The notes under the pieces were generated by a model. The model had not been told where the DNA came from and made no database searches. It saw nothing but the letters and a program-made list of their open reading frames with translations. From the human T2T-CHM13v2.0 reference genome, Homo sapiens, in the NCBI RefSeq assembly GCF_009914755.1, contig NC_060929.1: a stretch of 64,000 nt of DNA, one strand, 5' to 3'. Positions 14,921 to 29,344 of the stretch are shown here, one piece after another (the first letter of the stretch is position 1; the number at the start of each line of letters is the position of its first letter). Position numbers and translations under genes: made by a program.

Positions 14921-17900
14921 GTGTGTGATATTTGTGTGAAGGAGTGGGAGTTTGATACAGACTGAGGAAGAGGGTGAGAATATTTTAGAGGGATGGATTA
15001 ATTCTGCCTAGGTACATGTGAGGTTAGACCTCAAGTAGCGGGTACATTTTCACAGAGGCCACGGGGATAGGGAACATTCCAGGTTGAGGAAACATGGACA
15101 ATGGGGCAGAAGGCTGAAAGTGGGAGGTGCGATCTGAGGGCAGTAAGAAGGATGAAGTGGCTGGATATTGGGTGCTCAGGTGTGAGTAGTAAGTGATGGA
15201 GCTTCTGCTGGATTGGGAAGGCAAAAGAGTGTGGCTTTTGTTCTATACCAACATGAGCCATCAGAGGCTTCCAGATAGGGAGTGCCATGGCCAGTTCTGC
15301 CTGTGGGTCCATGTTCAAAGGTGAGTGCCTCTAGAAAACTGCTTCTGCACAATTCCTCTGAAAGCCCGTGAAAGACCAAACCTTGCCACACCATGGTTAG
15401 AATTTCCTTTATGGACCCGAATTTCAGTTCAGCTTTCTCCATACATCTGGTTGCCTTCATAGACTTCTGGACACACTGAAGCATTCCAGTAAAGGATTTT
15501 TATGAAGGAAGTTCCATTTTAAAAGAAATTTTAGATTTTTTTCCATCTATTGTATATTCCAAATCCTTGGTCCTGTTTTTGCTTTTCCATTTACTATAAG
15601 GGAATATAGCTATAGCAGCCATTTTTCAGGGATACACCACATTCTGTTCTGTTGCTGCTAATAGTGTATTCTGACTTGGAATAGAGAAGATACTGTTTAA
15701 AGGCTAAAGGAAAACACGCCAAAATGAGGTACTTTTCTATCTCCACCTGGCTCCTCCTATCAAATATTGTTCAAAAAGCAGACAGATTAAAGGTGCTGTG
15801 AACAAATCACTGTCTCTCACACACAGACGTAAATGAGAGGTGAAGTGTGATGAAAACAGGAAACAAAAACAATGTTTTACATCAATAAAATGTCACATTT
15901 TCCCTGATCCCAAATGAAAATGATTCTTAGTTTTGATACAGTGAGAAGTAGAGAAATGATCCCAGGACTTACCCTGCAAGACAAATTGTGAACAGTCAAT
16001 TGAAACAAAGTCTTAGTGTGTATTAGAGCATCACTGGTTTTAATTTTCTCATCTGCCTCACTCAAAATCAATATTTAGGAATTGGTCTTCCTCAGATCAA
16101 CCTATGCGGGAGCAGAGTGCCACCCACAGATTCCCTGAACCAAGCTGCCTTTCTAGAATGTCCTTCACTAGACAATGGGATTTGGATAAACACTTTTGGT
16201 GCAGTGCTTTTTGATCTGTTAACACAGATGTCATAATTACATCACTTCAAAGCACAGACAAAAGTCACATGTCTTTTCTGAAAAGATAAAAAACGCTGAG
16301 TTAATTTTAACTATATCATAAGAGCTGAGAAATAACTGGCCAGAAAAAAATTGAGTAGGACGCAGAAGGTTAGAATTAGATAAATTATTTAAATCCATAT
16401 CAAGCTACATTTGTAGAATGAAAGGAGTAATTTTCTGATATTGGCAGTGAGTGAGTCATCGTTGCCATTCTAAGTGTTTCAGTCTGTGCTTTCTCCTTCT
16501 GTGTTATGTCCTCTTTGGGACCAAAGATGAGACATAACTTGGGCAAAGGTATTTTTGATATTCACTTTTAAATAGAGTGTTCAGGTAGTCCAATTTAGTA
16601 AATCAAACAGATATATGTCAATATACAATGAGGACATGACAAGCAGTTAGTACTGTTTTAATCCTCTTCTAGAAATACTGCTATCTAAATCAGCTAGTCT
16701 ATTAGTATGTGCTTGACATATTTATGCTCACTCTACTTTCACCAGAAAACCTGTGGTTATTACTAATTGAAGAGGCAAGTGGTCTTTTATATAGAGGTCG
16801 ATCCTGAGGGCTTTGGGCACATTAGTAAATGTTATGTACTTTATTAAGGCTCATACTGATTTCTGTGGTAACTCTTAGAACCTTTTATTCTACATCACTG
16901 TCATGTAAAAGTCAATTTATGCGTGGGTGGCTTTTGTTTTTTTGGTGAGTCTGTGGTATAACCAGAGTCCTAATTGTGTGGAGCATTATGACTACAATTT
17001 ATAACTCCAGGTGTGCTAGCTGCTGCTGAATCATTCTTAGGACTCTACCCTAGGTCATGCTAGGTGGGTTCCTTAATGGATCTGAGGCAGATCTACAGCA
17101 GCACACATACCATGGGTTAAGGAATAGATTTAACTGAGGACAGAAGAAACTGATAAAGCCACGAAGTAGCAAGAGAAGAGAAGGCATAGCCATTGCCCTA
17201 CTGCCCACCCCCATCCCCACTCATCTTCCTACCTTCCTAGGATGCTTTGCTAAATGTGCAGGAAAGCTCATATTTCCATCTCTCCACTCTCATTCTCCCT
17301 TGTTACAGTACACATGTGAGTGCAACATTGTCAGTGGAGGGGATAAAGATCTTAGTACCAAGCAGTCTGTTTGAGTGACGGTTGTTTATAGGTATGATCC
17401 GGGAAACCAGCTGCCCAGTGCCTGGTCACCTTGAGGCCCATGGGAAACTGCCTCACCCTTCGGCAGGGAAGAAGCCACCTTTCCTGTGGGAAGCTGAACT
17501 TTGGGGCAGTCCTTCCTTAGGGAACACCTTCCTCACTCCCACAACTCATCCCAGCTAGATTATTGTTTAGGCAACCCTGAATGAGAACCAGGGGTCACTT
17601 TCAGATCCTTCTGATCATTGCTCTTCACACTGCTGGCCCTAGGATAGCAAATGCCAAAAGACAATTACGAAAGGCCCCTTTAGCTGGCCAAAAAAGTGTG
17701 TATAGTGTGTATTTCTGCTTTCTACAATCCTTAATTATGTTCCCACATCCCTGTTCTCTGTTCATGACTGTCCTCCTTACTTATTGCCCTCCTTATTCCT
17801 TACATTGAATGTTCCAACAGCCTTGTAACCAATCTTTGTGTGTCTCCTTCTTTATATTCCTAGATACATGTTCTTTCTATAGCCTGAATTTCCCTGATAA

Positions 17901-18003
17901 CTCTGTTCTTCATGGATACAAATGGTATTTATCCTTGAATGGCCTTGGTACATTACACTCATCAGCTGATGATGCACAGCTCCCAGCCCCTTGCCAAGTC
18001 CAG

Positions 18004-18552
18004 CGTGATGGTTAATATTGAGTGTCAACTTGATTGGATTGAAGGATGCAAAGCATTGTTCCTGGGTGTGTCTGTGAGGGTGTTGCCAAAGAAGATTAAC
18101 ATTTGAGTCAGTGGACTGGGAGAGGCAGACCCACCCTCAATCTGTGTGGGCATCATCTAATCAGCTGCCAGTGCGGCTAGAATAAAGTAGGCAGGAGAAG
18201 GTGGAAGGACTTGACTTGCTGAGTCTTACAGCCTTCATCTTTCTCCCATGCTGGTTGCTTCCTGCCCTCAAACATCAGACTCCAAATTCTTCAGCTTTTG
18301 GACTGTTGGACTTACACCAGTGGTTGGTCAGGGGCTTTCGGGCCTTCGGTCACAGACTGAAAGGTGCACTGTTGGCTTCCTTAGTTTTGAGGTTTGGGGA
18401 CTCAGACTGGCTTCTCCACTCCTCAGCTTGCAGATGGCCTATTGTGGGACTTTACCTTGTGACTGTGTGAGTCAATACTCCTTAATAAACTCTCCTTTAT
18501 ATATACATATATCCTTTTAGTTCCGTCCCTTTGGAGATCCCTGACTAATACA
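18004..18552 (+). mobile_element. ERVL solo LTR, MLT2A1/MLT2A2-type
   Basis: gtgatggttaatattgagtgtcaacttgattggattgaagg... to ccctgactaataca; near-TSD tccag/cccag; AATAAA at ~18484. Confidence 0.9.
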
Positions 18553-21500
18553 CCCAGCTCCCTCAAGAACTTGGAATTCCCAGAAATTCTCTTCAATCTG
18601 TTCTTCTTCCTCAGCCCCTACTTACTACTGCTTCTTTGCTGGGCCTGGTGGCCCTGATGCTGCTGTGTCATGCTCTTAGGGTGACATTATTCCTCCTGCT
18701 GCTCCACTGGGCACAGTCTTTCTCTGCAGGCCACAACCCTGAGCCCCCAGGAGAGCACCACCCTCTAATCTAGGTTTGCAACAGTGAAGGGGAAACTCCC
18801 TCTCTCTTCTCTCTCCCCTTTGAGCCTGGCTCTCTTAGACACCAAAGCCCCTGTGTGTTACAGAATGTGTTGAAATAGCCCAATCAGCTGCTTCATACTA
18901 CTCATTCTCCTGTTACAACCTTGACCTTTTTCTAGTTGCCTGAAATGGAGGTGAGTTCCAGTATAAGATATAATGCTGATGCTGTACTCAGATTCCCCTC
19001 CAGCTAAGAAGTGGCCATTGTGTCAAGCTTACTGACCTTAGTTCAGGAAGTTCCTGGGATGAGATCTGTCCTCAGGTACTTCCTACCAACAACCTCCATA
19101 ATTCACATGTACACACTCATTCCTAACGGAGTACTCCACATGTTTTCCATTTATGCCCCAGACCATTTTTGAATCCCTAGCAATACGCAGACTTAATTTA
19201 CATACTTATTACATTTCTGAAAGTTAGACTGTAACTTTTCATTTTAAAGACATTCAATTGTATACAACATATCATTCAGAGCTTTTAAAATGGCTTCTAT
19301 GATCATACATCATTTTTTGGGGGGGCTTATTTCCTGCCACCTTTAAACACTCCACCCTCTAGATAAAAGTCTAATGTGTGCCTTTGTCAACATGTTATGC
19401 TTCTCATACCTCCAAGCCTCCACAAGGCTGTCCTCTTCCTGGAGCACACTGCTCTCAATCTGTCTGACAAATTCCCACTCAACCTTTGGAGTGTAGTTCA
19501 AAAGCCAATTTTTGCAAAGAATTCTTCCACAGCTGTAGTTCCTTTCTCCTCTGGCTCCTGTGGGCACATACCATGCTGAAGGACTTGCTACTCATGTGGT
19601 AATTGCCTGGGAGCAGAATCTTTCTCATTAAACCATAGCTCCCTGCCAGATGGGATGACCTTGACTTACTCAATTCTATATCTCAACTGAATGCAAAAAA
19701 AATTAGCAGGGGTTCAATGTTTATTAAGTAGATGGCAAAGTATAAAGATAACAACTATACATGCATCTTTATTTACAAAGCAGATCCACCTTATCACTGT
19801 GAATGAACTCCTTGCTACATTTTCAGATACTCTAGTGGATCATTTGTTCTCCATCACCGGTTGAAGTGCTACAGAGCCAAGAGGAAGTCTGACAGCTCTG
19901 TTGCGACGGTTGAGGGAAGAGTCAAGTTTCTGAGTATAAGCGGATCATAAACAAGGCAGAATTTTGAGTCATAGATAAGAACAAAAGGTAGGGTTGGGAG
20001 GAAGAAAATGAAAAATGAATGAAAGGGAAGTTTGAGAGGAAATAATAACCAATAGAGCTCACAGTGTGGAGACGTGAGAAGAGAGAGCTGAAAGTAGAAG
20101 ATGCGGTGGCCACGGGAAGGGGTTGCTGCTCTATGAAAGTTCTGTTTTCCCCTCTCAGTGTGAAGAAGGCAATGTGGCTTGGGGTAAGCTTCCCACAGCA
20201 GTGAATCAGCTACATGCAGGCCATGGGGACATGTTGGCATTTTCTTAATATTAACAAAGCATCGGGAAACAAAGAAGCCTCATTAATTTGGATTTTGCTA
20301 ACATAGAATTTGTAGTGTTAAGGGGATGTGATAAAATGTAGCTTTACACTCTATGCAGAATGCACTATGCAAATTCATAGCACAAATAATCTACCTAAGA
20401 AAATCAACTGCTTTCAAGTACCCTCAAGTACTTTTGAAGCACTGATTACATAAAAACAGTGATTAATTTTCTTCATTAACAAGTGACCAAGTATGTTCTC
20501 TATAAACATATCATCAGTCTATTGTTGGTTAACTTATTTCAAATTATAAATATATCTGTAAGTAACAGGACCAATTTTCTTCAAAAATATTCTTTTTTTT
20601 CTTCAAATGCAACATGATCTTCTACTCAGATAATGCCTATTGATGGATTTACCCTGTTCATTTTTAAATATATATTGAGCACTGCACCTGTAAGACTTGT
20701 GCAACCAGCTGGGGCTGTAAGAGAACCAAGCTCAGACCTTCCCTTAAGATGTGGAGAGTTTAGTTGGAAATTTTAATGTATCCAAAATATCTATAATACA
20801 AAAGATAAAAACCAAAAGGTTCCATGAGGGAGACTTAGATGTGAATTATTTGAGACTTCAGAAAAGACAAAGATTACAGTAATTTATTCATTTCATTTGT
20901 TTATTCTTTTAAGTCTAGAATTTTTAATTTCAAATGCCATGGAGATTAAAAGTATAGAATATTCTCTTCCCTCAGGGAATTTACAGTTAATATCAGGGTT
21001 GAGTAGAAAAGGATGTGTGACAGACACAGACTGATAATTAATTAGTGCAGAAAGCGGATGGCCCACTGCCTGCATGGGATGTGCCAATCCCCACACTAGC
21101 AACAAGCTGTGTCTTGAGAGACAGTTAGGAGTTTATTAGACAAAAGAGAACTCCCCTCCAATAACCCCAACCCTTGCAAGGTACTAGAACCAAGTGAAAG
21201 GAAGTAGCATAAAAGATTCTGGGAAAATTTAGTAATTGGTAAGGTTAAATGATAGGGAAATGTATAGAGTGGTGATTTGGTCAACAAAGCTGGGAATAGA
21301 TTATGAACTGGCTTAACTATCACAGTAAAGCTTTGGTAGTTCAGTTGGGGTTGATATTTAACCAAATCTGAAAAAATTAAGATCTTGATGTGGTCCTGGG
21401 CTTCTGTCTGGCCACCCTGCAGTTACAGAACTGTCTGTATATGTACTCAGCAAGCCATGAGCACAAGTTGTTTATTACCACACTTGCTGAAGTAACTACT

Positions 21501-23056
21501 CAAACACTTTTTATTGGTTACAGGGTGAGGACATCAGCTGAAAGCCAGGGAGGGGAGCTAATACTTGTTTTAACTGCTTTAATACATTGAATTAAACATT
21601 CCCAGAGTTCAAAGAACCATTCTTTCCTAACTTTCCACCTGCTTATTCAAATGCTACTCATTTTTGCTTACTTTTGCTGGTGTTTAACCCAAAATATAAC
21701 CTGGGAAGGAGTCCTCTCAATGTCAGATTCACCTAATTCCTCCTTGGAGAAATTCCATTTCTTCCTGCCTGGATTTATACAATACCTGGTCTCGCCTCAC
21801 AATAATCTAGGCCTTGTTAACCTTAGTAGATGCATTTTTACCCATAAAAATCATGTTTATTTGGCAACATACAGTGATTCACACCCTCTAAAAGTTTACA
21901 GTCAGAAAGAATAAATGTTGATATAGAGCACATGAAAGAAGTGAAATAATTGTTTATTTTAAACTGAGTAACGAAAAAGGAAGAATGGAATGTGAAGATA
22001 AAACACGGGAGCCGGGAGGGCGGAAACATGGCAAACCTGCCACCACATGAAAATTGGACAGGCAAAAACCTTACAAGACAATAAGGTTGATGTGAACACA
22101 AATGAGTTTTCTTTATCCTTTTGCTTGTTTATATCTGACTTATGTTCTGCATTTCATTCTGCCGTGTTCTCTCTTATTGTTTATATTGAAGGTTATTTTA
22201 AAAATAATGTTTATTGTAAAAGTTACAAACAGACATCCTTTGCTGTTTTGAGGAATTTATTATGTACAAGCAAAGTCTATTTGATTTATCTGCGGTGTCA
22301 TAGGGACTGGCTTCCAATATTTTCTATGTAGGTGACTTTATGAAAAGTCACCAGCTAATGTAGTTCTACATTTCTGTAGATGGCAGTTACTGTTGTTGAG
22401 ATGTTAGTAAAAAAAAAAAATTGAATTTACCAAAAATCATTCAAAGAATTTCTTGAAGTGTTCTTATTTTAAATGGTTTTCTAGATTTAGAAATAAAATA
22501 AGAAATAAAATATTTATAAATTAAAGGGGTTAAGGAAAACTATATTTTAAAAGTTCTAAGTCAATAAATTCAACAAATTCAAGGAACTAAAATGTTTTTA
22601 ATAGACAAAAGTTCCCCTTACACATAAAAATGCCATTGTGCTTAACTTTAGTTGTCTACTCGTAGCTGTCAACTATGTTCAACTGAAACTGAGCCCATTG
22701 TTTTTTTCTTCAACTTCTTTAAATTACCTTAATTTTATCCCAGTCATTTAGGGTGGATAACTTGGATTCCTAATTGATATCACTCTTCCTATCCAGTAAT
22801 GCAGCAATCAAGATTTCTTCACATGTTTTGTGGGTTCAATTCTTTCTATTTCCAAAACTTCTGCCATATTTAAAGCACTTATTATTTCACACCTTAATTA
22901 AGAAATAATCTGCTGATTCTGGGCCAGTCTTTTTACCAACCCATAATGGATTAGTTATTATTTTATTATTTCCCTTCTCAAATTAAGAAAGCTAACCTCC
23001 TAGAGACCTCCCCAGAGAACTCTGACCCACGATGTGGAATCTACTCCATATGCCTG

Positions 23057-23057
<1 letters not shown>

Positions 23058-23104
<47 letters not shown>
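23058..23104. repeat. (TG)n microsatellite, followed by a MIR fragment (~23110-23195)
   Basis: Direct reading; MIR core ttacttaacttctctgagcctcag. Confidence 0.9.
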
Positions 23105-23107
<3 letters not shown>

Positions 23108-23695
23108 AGGCTCTGGCTGTTGCCAACTGTGTAACTCTTGGTAGGTTACTTAACTTCTCTGAGCCTCAGGCTCTTTGTCTAAAAAATGGGGATAAGTCCA
23201 GTAGAAAGTGGGCAAAGAACGTGGATAGACAATTCATAGAATACAAATGAAGAGTGTATATATAGATATATATACACACATATATATACGCACATACATA
23301 CACACATGCATATATATAATGCCCTTTATTACATGTTCATAATTTTAATAAACTTAATCATTTTATCATGACTTTCAACTTAAAGTCAGAAGTCTAAAAT
23401 CACTTTTACATTTTAGACTCTATGGCTAAACTTAAATTTTCTAACATTACTAAAGTTTCTCATACATTCCAAACACTTAAAAAAATCAAATATAAAAATT
23501 TATTTTCCTGAACACTAAAGTACTAATACTATGTATTTAATTGTTTTCATTTCTGTATTTCTAAACTATCCCATGAGTAAAAACTACCTACCCATTAAGA
23601 GACAAAATTGACCCATGTTAATTATGTAAGATTGATTATTAACCAGTGATATTTGAAGGGACAAATGCCCTGAAATTCATGTGTTTCAAGGGTGA

Positions 23696-23997
<302 letters not shown>

Positions 23998-25261
23998 ACA
24001 TTGCATATTTTTTAGGCCCAATATGACCACTGGGGACTCAGATTTCCTCCCCTTCAGCTGTCTGGTTTCTCCCAGATTCCAGTTCCCCTTATGTGCAGCT
24101 GTATTCCTACAAAAGTTGTAACAAACAACCTTTACTACTAGATAGGATTCTGCCTCTCTTTAGCTTTCAGGACACTTAAAGGACGTAAAATAATACTTAC
24201 TCCTTTGCAGAGGGAAGCCTGCATTTCTTGCATGATGACAGCTAACTGCCTCACAAAACTCTTAAATGCTTTCTGAATTCCCTATTTTTATCTTACTTTC
24301 TTGCATCGTTTCTGTTGTGTTAGGCCCTAATTCTGAGAATATTAATGTCATCCATTGGGTGGTACATACTCCACATACCATCATCTGACTCAGCAATCTA
24401 AAAATACAGACCTACTACTGACAAATTTAGAGAGAGATTTGGGCTGGTTTTCATTAAATGTGGAGTTTTCATCTGTTAGAATGAATGCATGTGTAAATAA
24501 GCAGAACAAACAGTAGAGTCATGAGTGTTGCCAAAGTTTAGGGCTCAAGAAAAAGAAAGAAAAAAAGATATAGTAAGAGTGGTTAGAAATATGGGAAGAG
24601 GTTCAGAATCACACGGAGCCCTAAGAAGCAAGAATGAAAAGAGCTTCAAGAAATGGAGGATGGTGGATAGTTTCAGAAACTACGAGGTCATGTGAGATTA
24701 AGAATGAGAAAAAGTCTTTAGAATTGACTGGAAGAAACCTAGTTGAGCTCAGGTTTTGATTCAAGTTATATTCCTAATATTACTGTCAAGCTACTCCCTG
24801 AAAAACTAAATGATGAAAGTGATTGAAAATTGATCCCTTGAAGACATTCTAAAGCAACTAATTGATGTGGTTCAAAGCTAAAAGATGGTCATAACTGCCT
24901 TTAAGTACACGAATAAGGAGGATTAGTTGTTTACCTTGTTTTGCAAAGTGCTTAATGGAAACAAACATGTTTTAAACACAGGACTACAAGAAATAATCAT
25001 TAAACAAAAAGAAGAACATGTTGGGATCTGATAGAGTATCTGGACTTGGACATCTTCAAGAAGAACATAGGAAATTATTATAAACATATGTATGTATGAT
25101 TTGTTCAGGAAAGCAGAAAAGTGAAATGATATCTAGGTTTTTGAAAAAGCTTTGTTATGAATTCTCTTGTAAAGGAATTGAGTATTGTATTTGAAATGCC
25201 TACTAGAATAGCTAGAACATGAAGAGTGCTCAAATAATAGTCATCCTGTGACATGCTCTAG

Positions 25262-26200
25262 TTATTCATTCATTCATTTCTAAGTTCATGTGCATCACTG
25301 TACTAGAGATGCATCATTGGACGAGACACTATACCAACACTCACAAGCCTTGCATTCTAGTGGAAGAGGCAGGTGGAAAAGATAAACACATATGAATACA
25401 ATAATTAAAACTTGTTTATCTTTATGAAGAATCCAAATAAGGGACAGCAGTGCAGAACACCTGAATGGGGTGCTGGGGATGGCTATTGAAGAAACAAATG
25501 CCTCTTTGAGAATGTAATATTAATCTGAGGGCTGAATCATGAGGATGTGGCAGCCATTCAGAGTGACAGAAAGCGCTTTCCATGAAAAGGAAATAGCTTG
25601 TCCAGTGATTCTGCTACTAGAATGAAGTTGGAGTTTTTAAGGGGCTCGCATAGTGAAGGTACACAGAGCAAGGGGAAGAGAGGCACAAGAAGAGACTCAG
25701 AGCCCAGACCATGGAGAACTTTCTGGGCCATGGTAAGAACTTTTGGATTTATTCTAAGTTTGATAGGAAGCCATGGAAAGATTTTAAACAATGTAGTAAT
25801 ATGATCTGATTTTTGATATTTTTTTAAAAACACCTCATCTTCTGTGTAGTGAATATATTAGAGGTTGGCAGGAGTGGAAGCAAGAAAACTAAGAAGTTGT
25901 TGCAGTCATCAAAGAAAAAGGGGATGATCACTGGAACAAAGATAGAGATATCTCAGATAGATTTTGTAGACAGTGTTGATAGGACCTATTGAAATATTGG
26001 ATATGATGGGTGAGGAAATGAAATTTATCCCATAGGTAAGTGGGGGTTATAAATAGACATAGAAAATTTAGGAGGTGGGTCAGGTCTAAGAGGGGTATGG
26101 ATGAGCAGCTGAGACAGTATTTGAACTCACTGAGGTTGAGGTTCCTAGAAGACATTCAAGTGGTGATACCAACATAGAAGAAAGATGTCCCATGTAGCTA
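25262..26200 (-). mobile_element. L2 fragments
   Basis: ttcattcattcatt terminus; ggccatggtaagaacttttggatttattctaag...ggaagccatggaaagattttaa is typical of antisense L2. Confidence 0.75.
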
Positions 26201-28315
26201 GTGAAAAGAACATTTACATGCAACTTGCAGTTATTTACAGTACAACATTTTGACATATGAAAAACTGAATCCAACCTATTTAAATATCAAGAGTACAAAG
26301 TTTCTTTACTGGGCTTAATCAGGAAAGGTTTCTCATCTTGCATTCTCTATGGCAGTATAGCTAATGGTCACTTTGAATGAATATTCAAAGTTCAAGAATG
26401 TAGCCAAAGTTCTTCTTCTTTGTCTTGCCACAAGCTGGCTGATTTGTGATAATATCAAGTTGGTCTTGGTGAATGACCACAGACAATAGTGTTTTCATCC
26501 AAGAAAAAATTCCCACTCTTGGCTTATATTGAATTTTACCCTGAATTTTACCCTTATATTGAATTTTACCCTGTAGAGCTCAGCATGAACTCGTAACTTC
26601 GGTCCAACTAGTTTTGTCTTTCTGGGACAAATAATCTCACATATTAAAAGTTTTTAACGTTTTTGCCTTCTGTTAGTCATTAGGCAAAAAACCATAATGC
26701 TATATGTCTGGATTGTACCTTTAATAAAGCTAGTCATTGGGAATAAAATATTAAATACACTGAATTTGTCCCTGCTAGAGAGGCTGGTTATATTTTCATT
26801 TTTTGTCAAAAGCTTTAAAGTCATTTCCTTGAGCAAAATCAACCAGCTATGCACTTTGAGTACGTTTTGCAGGACATTTTATGAATAGCGTTTTTTAAGG
26901 TGCATTAAGCCAACATTGTGCTTTAACATCTATATTTTAAGTCATGCTTTCCTTTTTATTTTTCAAGCCCAATTTGGTAGGTGAATACAAATTATTCAAA
27001 TGCTATTTCTATCTTAAATCTTAATACTGAAAACTGTTTGGAGCTAAGAGGACTTGAATTAGTAATAAGCACAGGGAGGTGATGATAAAGATCTAAGCTG
27101 CCACTGATTTCTTCTAAATATGTACACGTATGTAGGGACAAATAAATAGAATATTCTTATTGCACATGTAAAAGTTTTTGAATATTTGGGGGCAAGCTTG
27201 TGTTCCAAAGGTCCTTTCAATGTCCTTTAGTAAGTACCAAATATAGGTCATTCTCGTGACACTCCAGAGAAGCTATGCACCATCCTCACTTTATAGATAA
27301 AAATGTTGAAACTTAGAAAAAGTAAGTAATATATCAAGAAAATGGATAGATCAATATATAAATTCAGGTCTTCCTTCCTACGTAGCTCTTCCTATTATTC
27401 TACATCACCATATGGGGAGGTTAGATACCAGAATCAGCCCACAGAAATGGATATAATCCATGAGCAGGGTAAAGAATAGCACTGCAATGATAGCTTTGGA
27501 AAACTCAGCATTATTCGTGGGTTTAGGGTTTCCCTATGGGAATGGAAGCCTGTATTGTCCTGTCCCCATGCCCTGCAGCCTGAACTCAGCAGCCTGGGAC
27601 AGCACCTATACTAAGGCTGAAGATGGGGTGGCTAATGAGGTAAGAGGTAGATATCTGTTGATTTTCAGTGCACCCTGTCTTAGAAGTTACTGAAGGATGT
27701 GTTCCAGCAAAATGAGAGAGAAAACCCAGAAAAAGAAAAATGTGAATTTCAGGAATCAAGGAGGGTCTCTTTGACCTTGGGCCATTAAAGAACTCTGAGA
27801 ATTATGCGGTCAGTCATTGGTGGCAGCCTTCGCTGTTGCTCTGTGCTTAAGACCATTGGCCTACTAAGAGGTAGACAACTCCTTTGGTGGTTTTTCTCTT
27901 TCTTTGCCAAACGTACATAAGAGGAATCATCACAAAGGTTCCCTAAGAAACAATGCTTGATAGGGTTTCTCAGGGTCACCTCAACAGCCAGCTCAAGCTG
28001 AGGAGTTGTGGCCCTCTACTACCGTGTTCGTGAAGGCTGAGGTCTTGTCCACACAGAAAACCCCGGCCCCCTTTCCAGGCTTCATTTCTGGTTACTGTCA
28101 ACCTTTACACCCTTGCTAGATAATGCAGTTTCAGTTTCTCATGGTTCTGGCCAGAAGATGCAAACTGGTATTATTAGATGAGCTCTGAGCAGCAGACATG
28201 GCCTACTCACACTTCCTTGTATTACAAAGGAAAAAACTACAAATATTTAACAACTGGCAGAGTTTAACATAAAATGTTGGATTTTTTCATGATTCTCTTT
28301 AAAATGCAGGAGATG

Positions 28316-28646
28316 GGCTGGGTGATGTGGCTCATGTTTGTAATCCCAGCACTTTGGGAGGCTGAGGTGGGCGGATTGCTTTAGCTCACAAGTTCGAGAC
28401 CACCTTGGGCAACATGGAGAAACCCCATCTCTACAAAAAATACAAAAATTAGCCAGGCATGGTGGTGTATGCCTATAGTCCCAGCTACTTGAAAGGCTGA
28501 GGTGGGAGGATTGCTTGAGCCCAGGAGGTGGAAGTTGCTGTGAGCCAAGACCATGCTACTGCACTTCAGCCTGGGCAATAGAGCCAGACCTTATCACAAA
28601 CAAACAAACAAACAAATAAATAAATAAATAAATAAATAAATAAAAA
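28316..28646 (+). mobile_element. AluJ with (CAAA)n(TAAA)n tail
   Basis: ggattgcttgagcccaggagg diagnostic; divergent TSD aaaatgca(g/t)ga. Confidence 0.92.
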
Positions 28647-29344
28647 TGCATGATATATGGCAATATTGGGCCCACAGACCTCCATGACAACAGAAGGATG
28701 GTGCTGAATTGGGCCAGTTTCTTTTAGGAAGAGTAAAAACAACAGGCAAGTTAATTTCTCACTCATCCTGCCACATATAGCAGAACTTTAGCTTGGAAAA
28801 ATGAAAAACTTGCCTATGGATATATGACTCAAGTCAGGATTTGAATTCAGGACTTTCTATCTCTAAAGTCTGAATGCTTTCTATTACACAATGAAAGACT
28901 GTTTAAAAATAAAGTAGGAGTCAATTTTTTTTGCCAAAAAGATTAAAAATTTTAATTGAGTCTATCAATTTTGTTGATTGAATCTCCCAACATTTTTCAC
29001 CTACGAAGAGAGAAATCCAAATGGTCACTTGCGTAAACATGAAGCAGATTGTCATTGTTTAATTGTGTTCTATTTAAGTTGCCCCAATCTTCCACTTGAC
29101 AACCAAATTACAATGTATTGTACAAATATTTTCATAATTTTTAGCCCACTGATTATGTGCCAAATGGCTGTGATCTAAAAATTGTTTAAAGTATATGTGT
29201 ATATATATTATAGTTTATATATATACATTCACACACACATAGACACACACATTTCCTTTGGTTAATTTACTTTTTCAAGTAGCCATCTTCCATTAAAATT
29301 ATCAACAGCCAGAATATAATCTACATTTCTAGAAATAAAAATGG

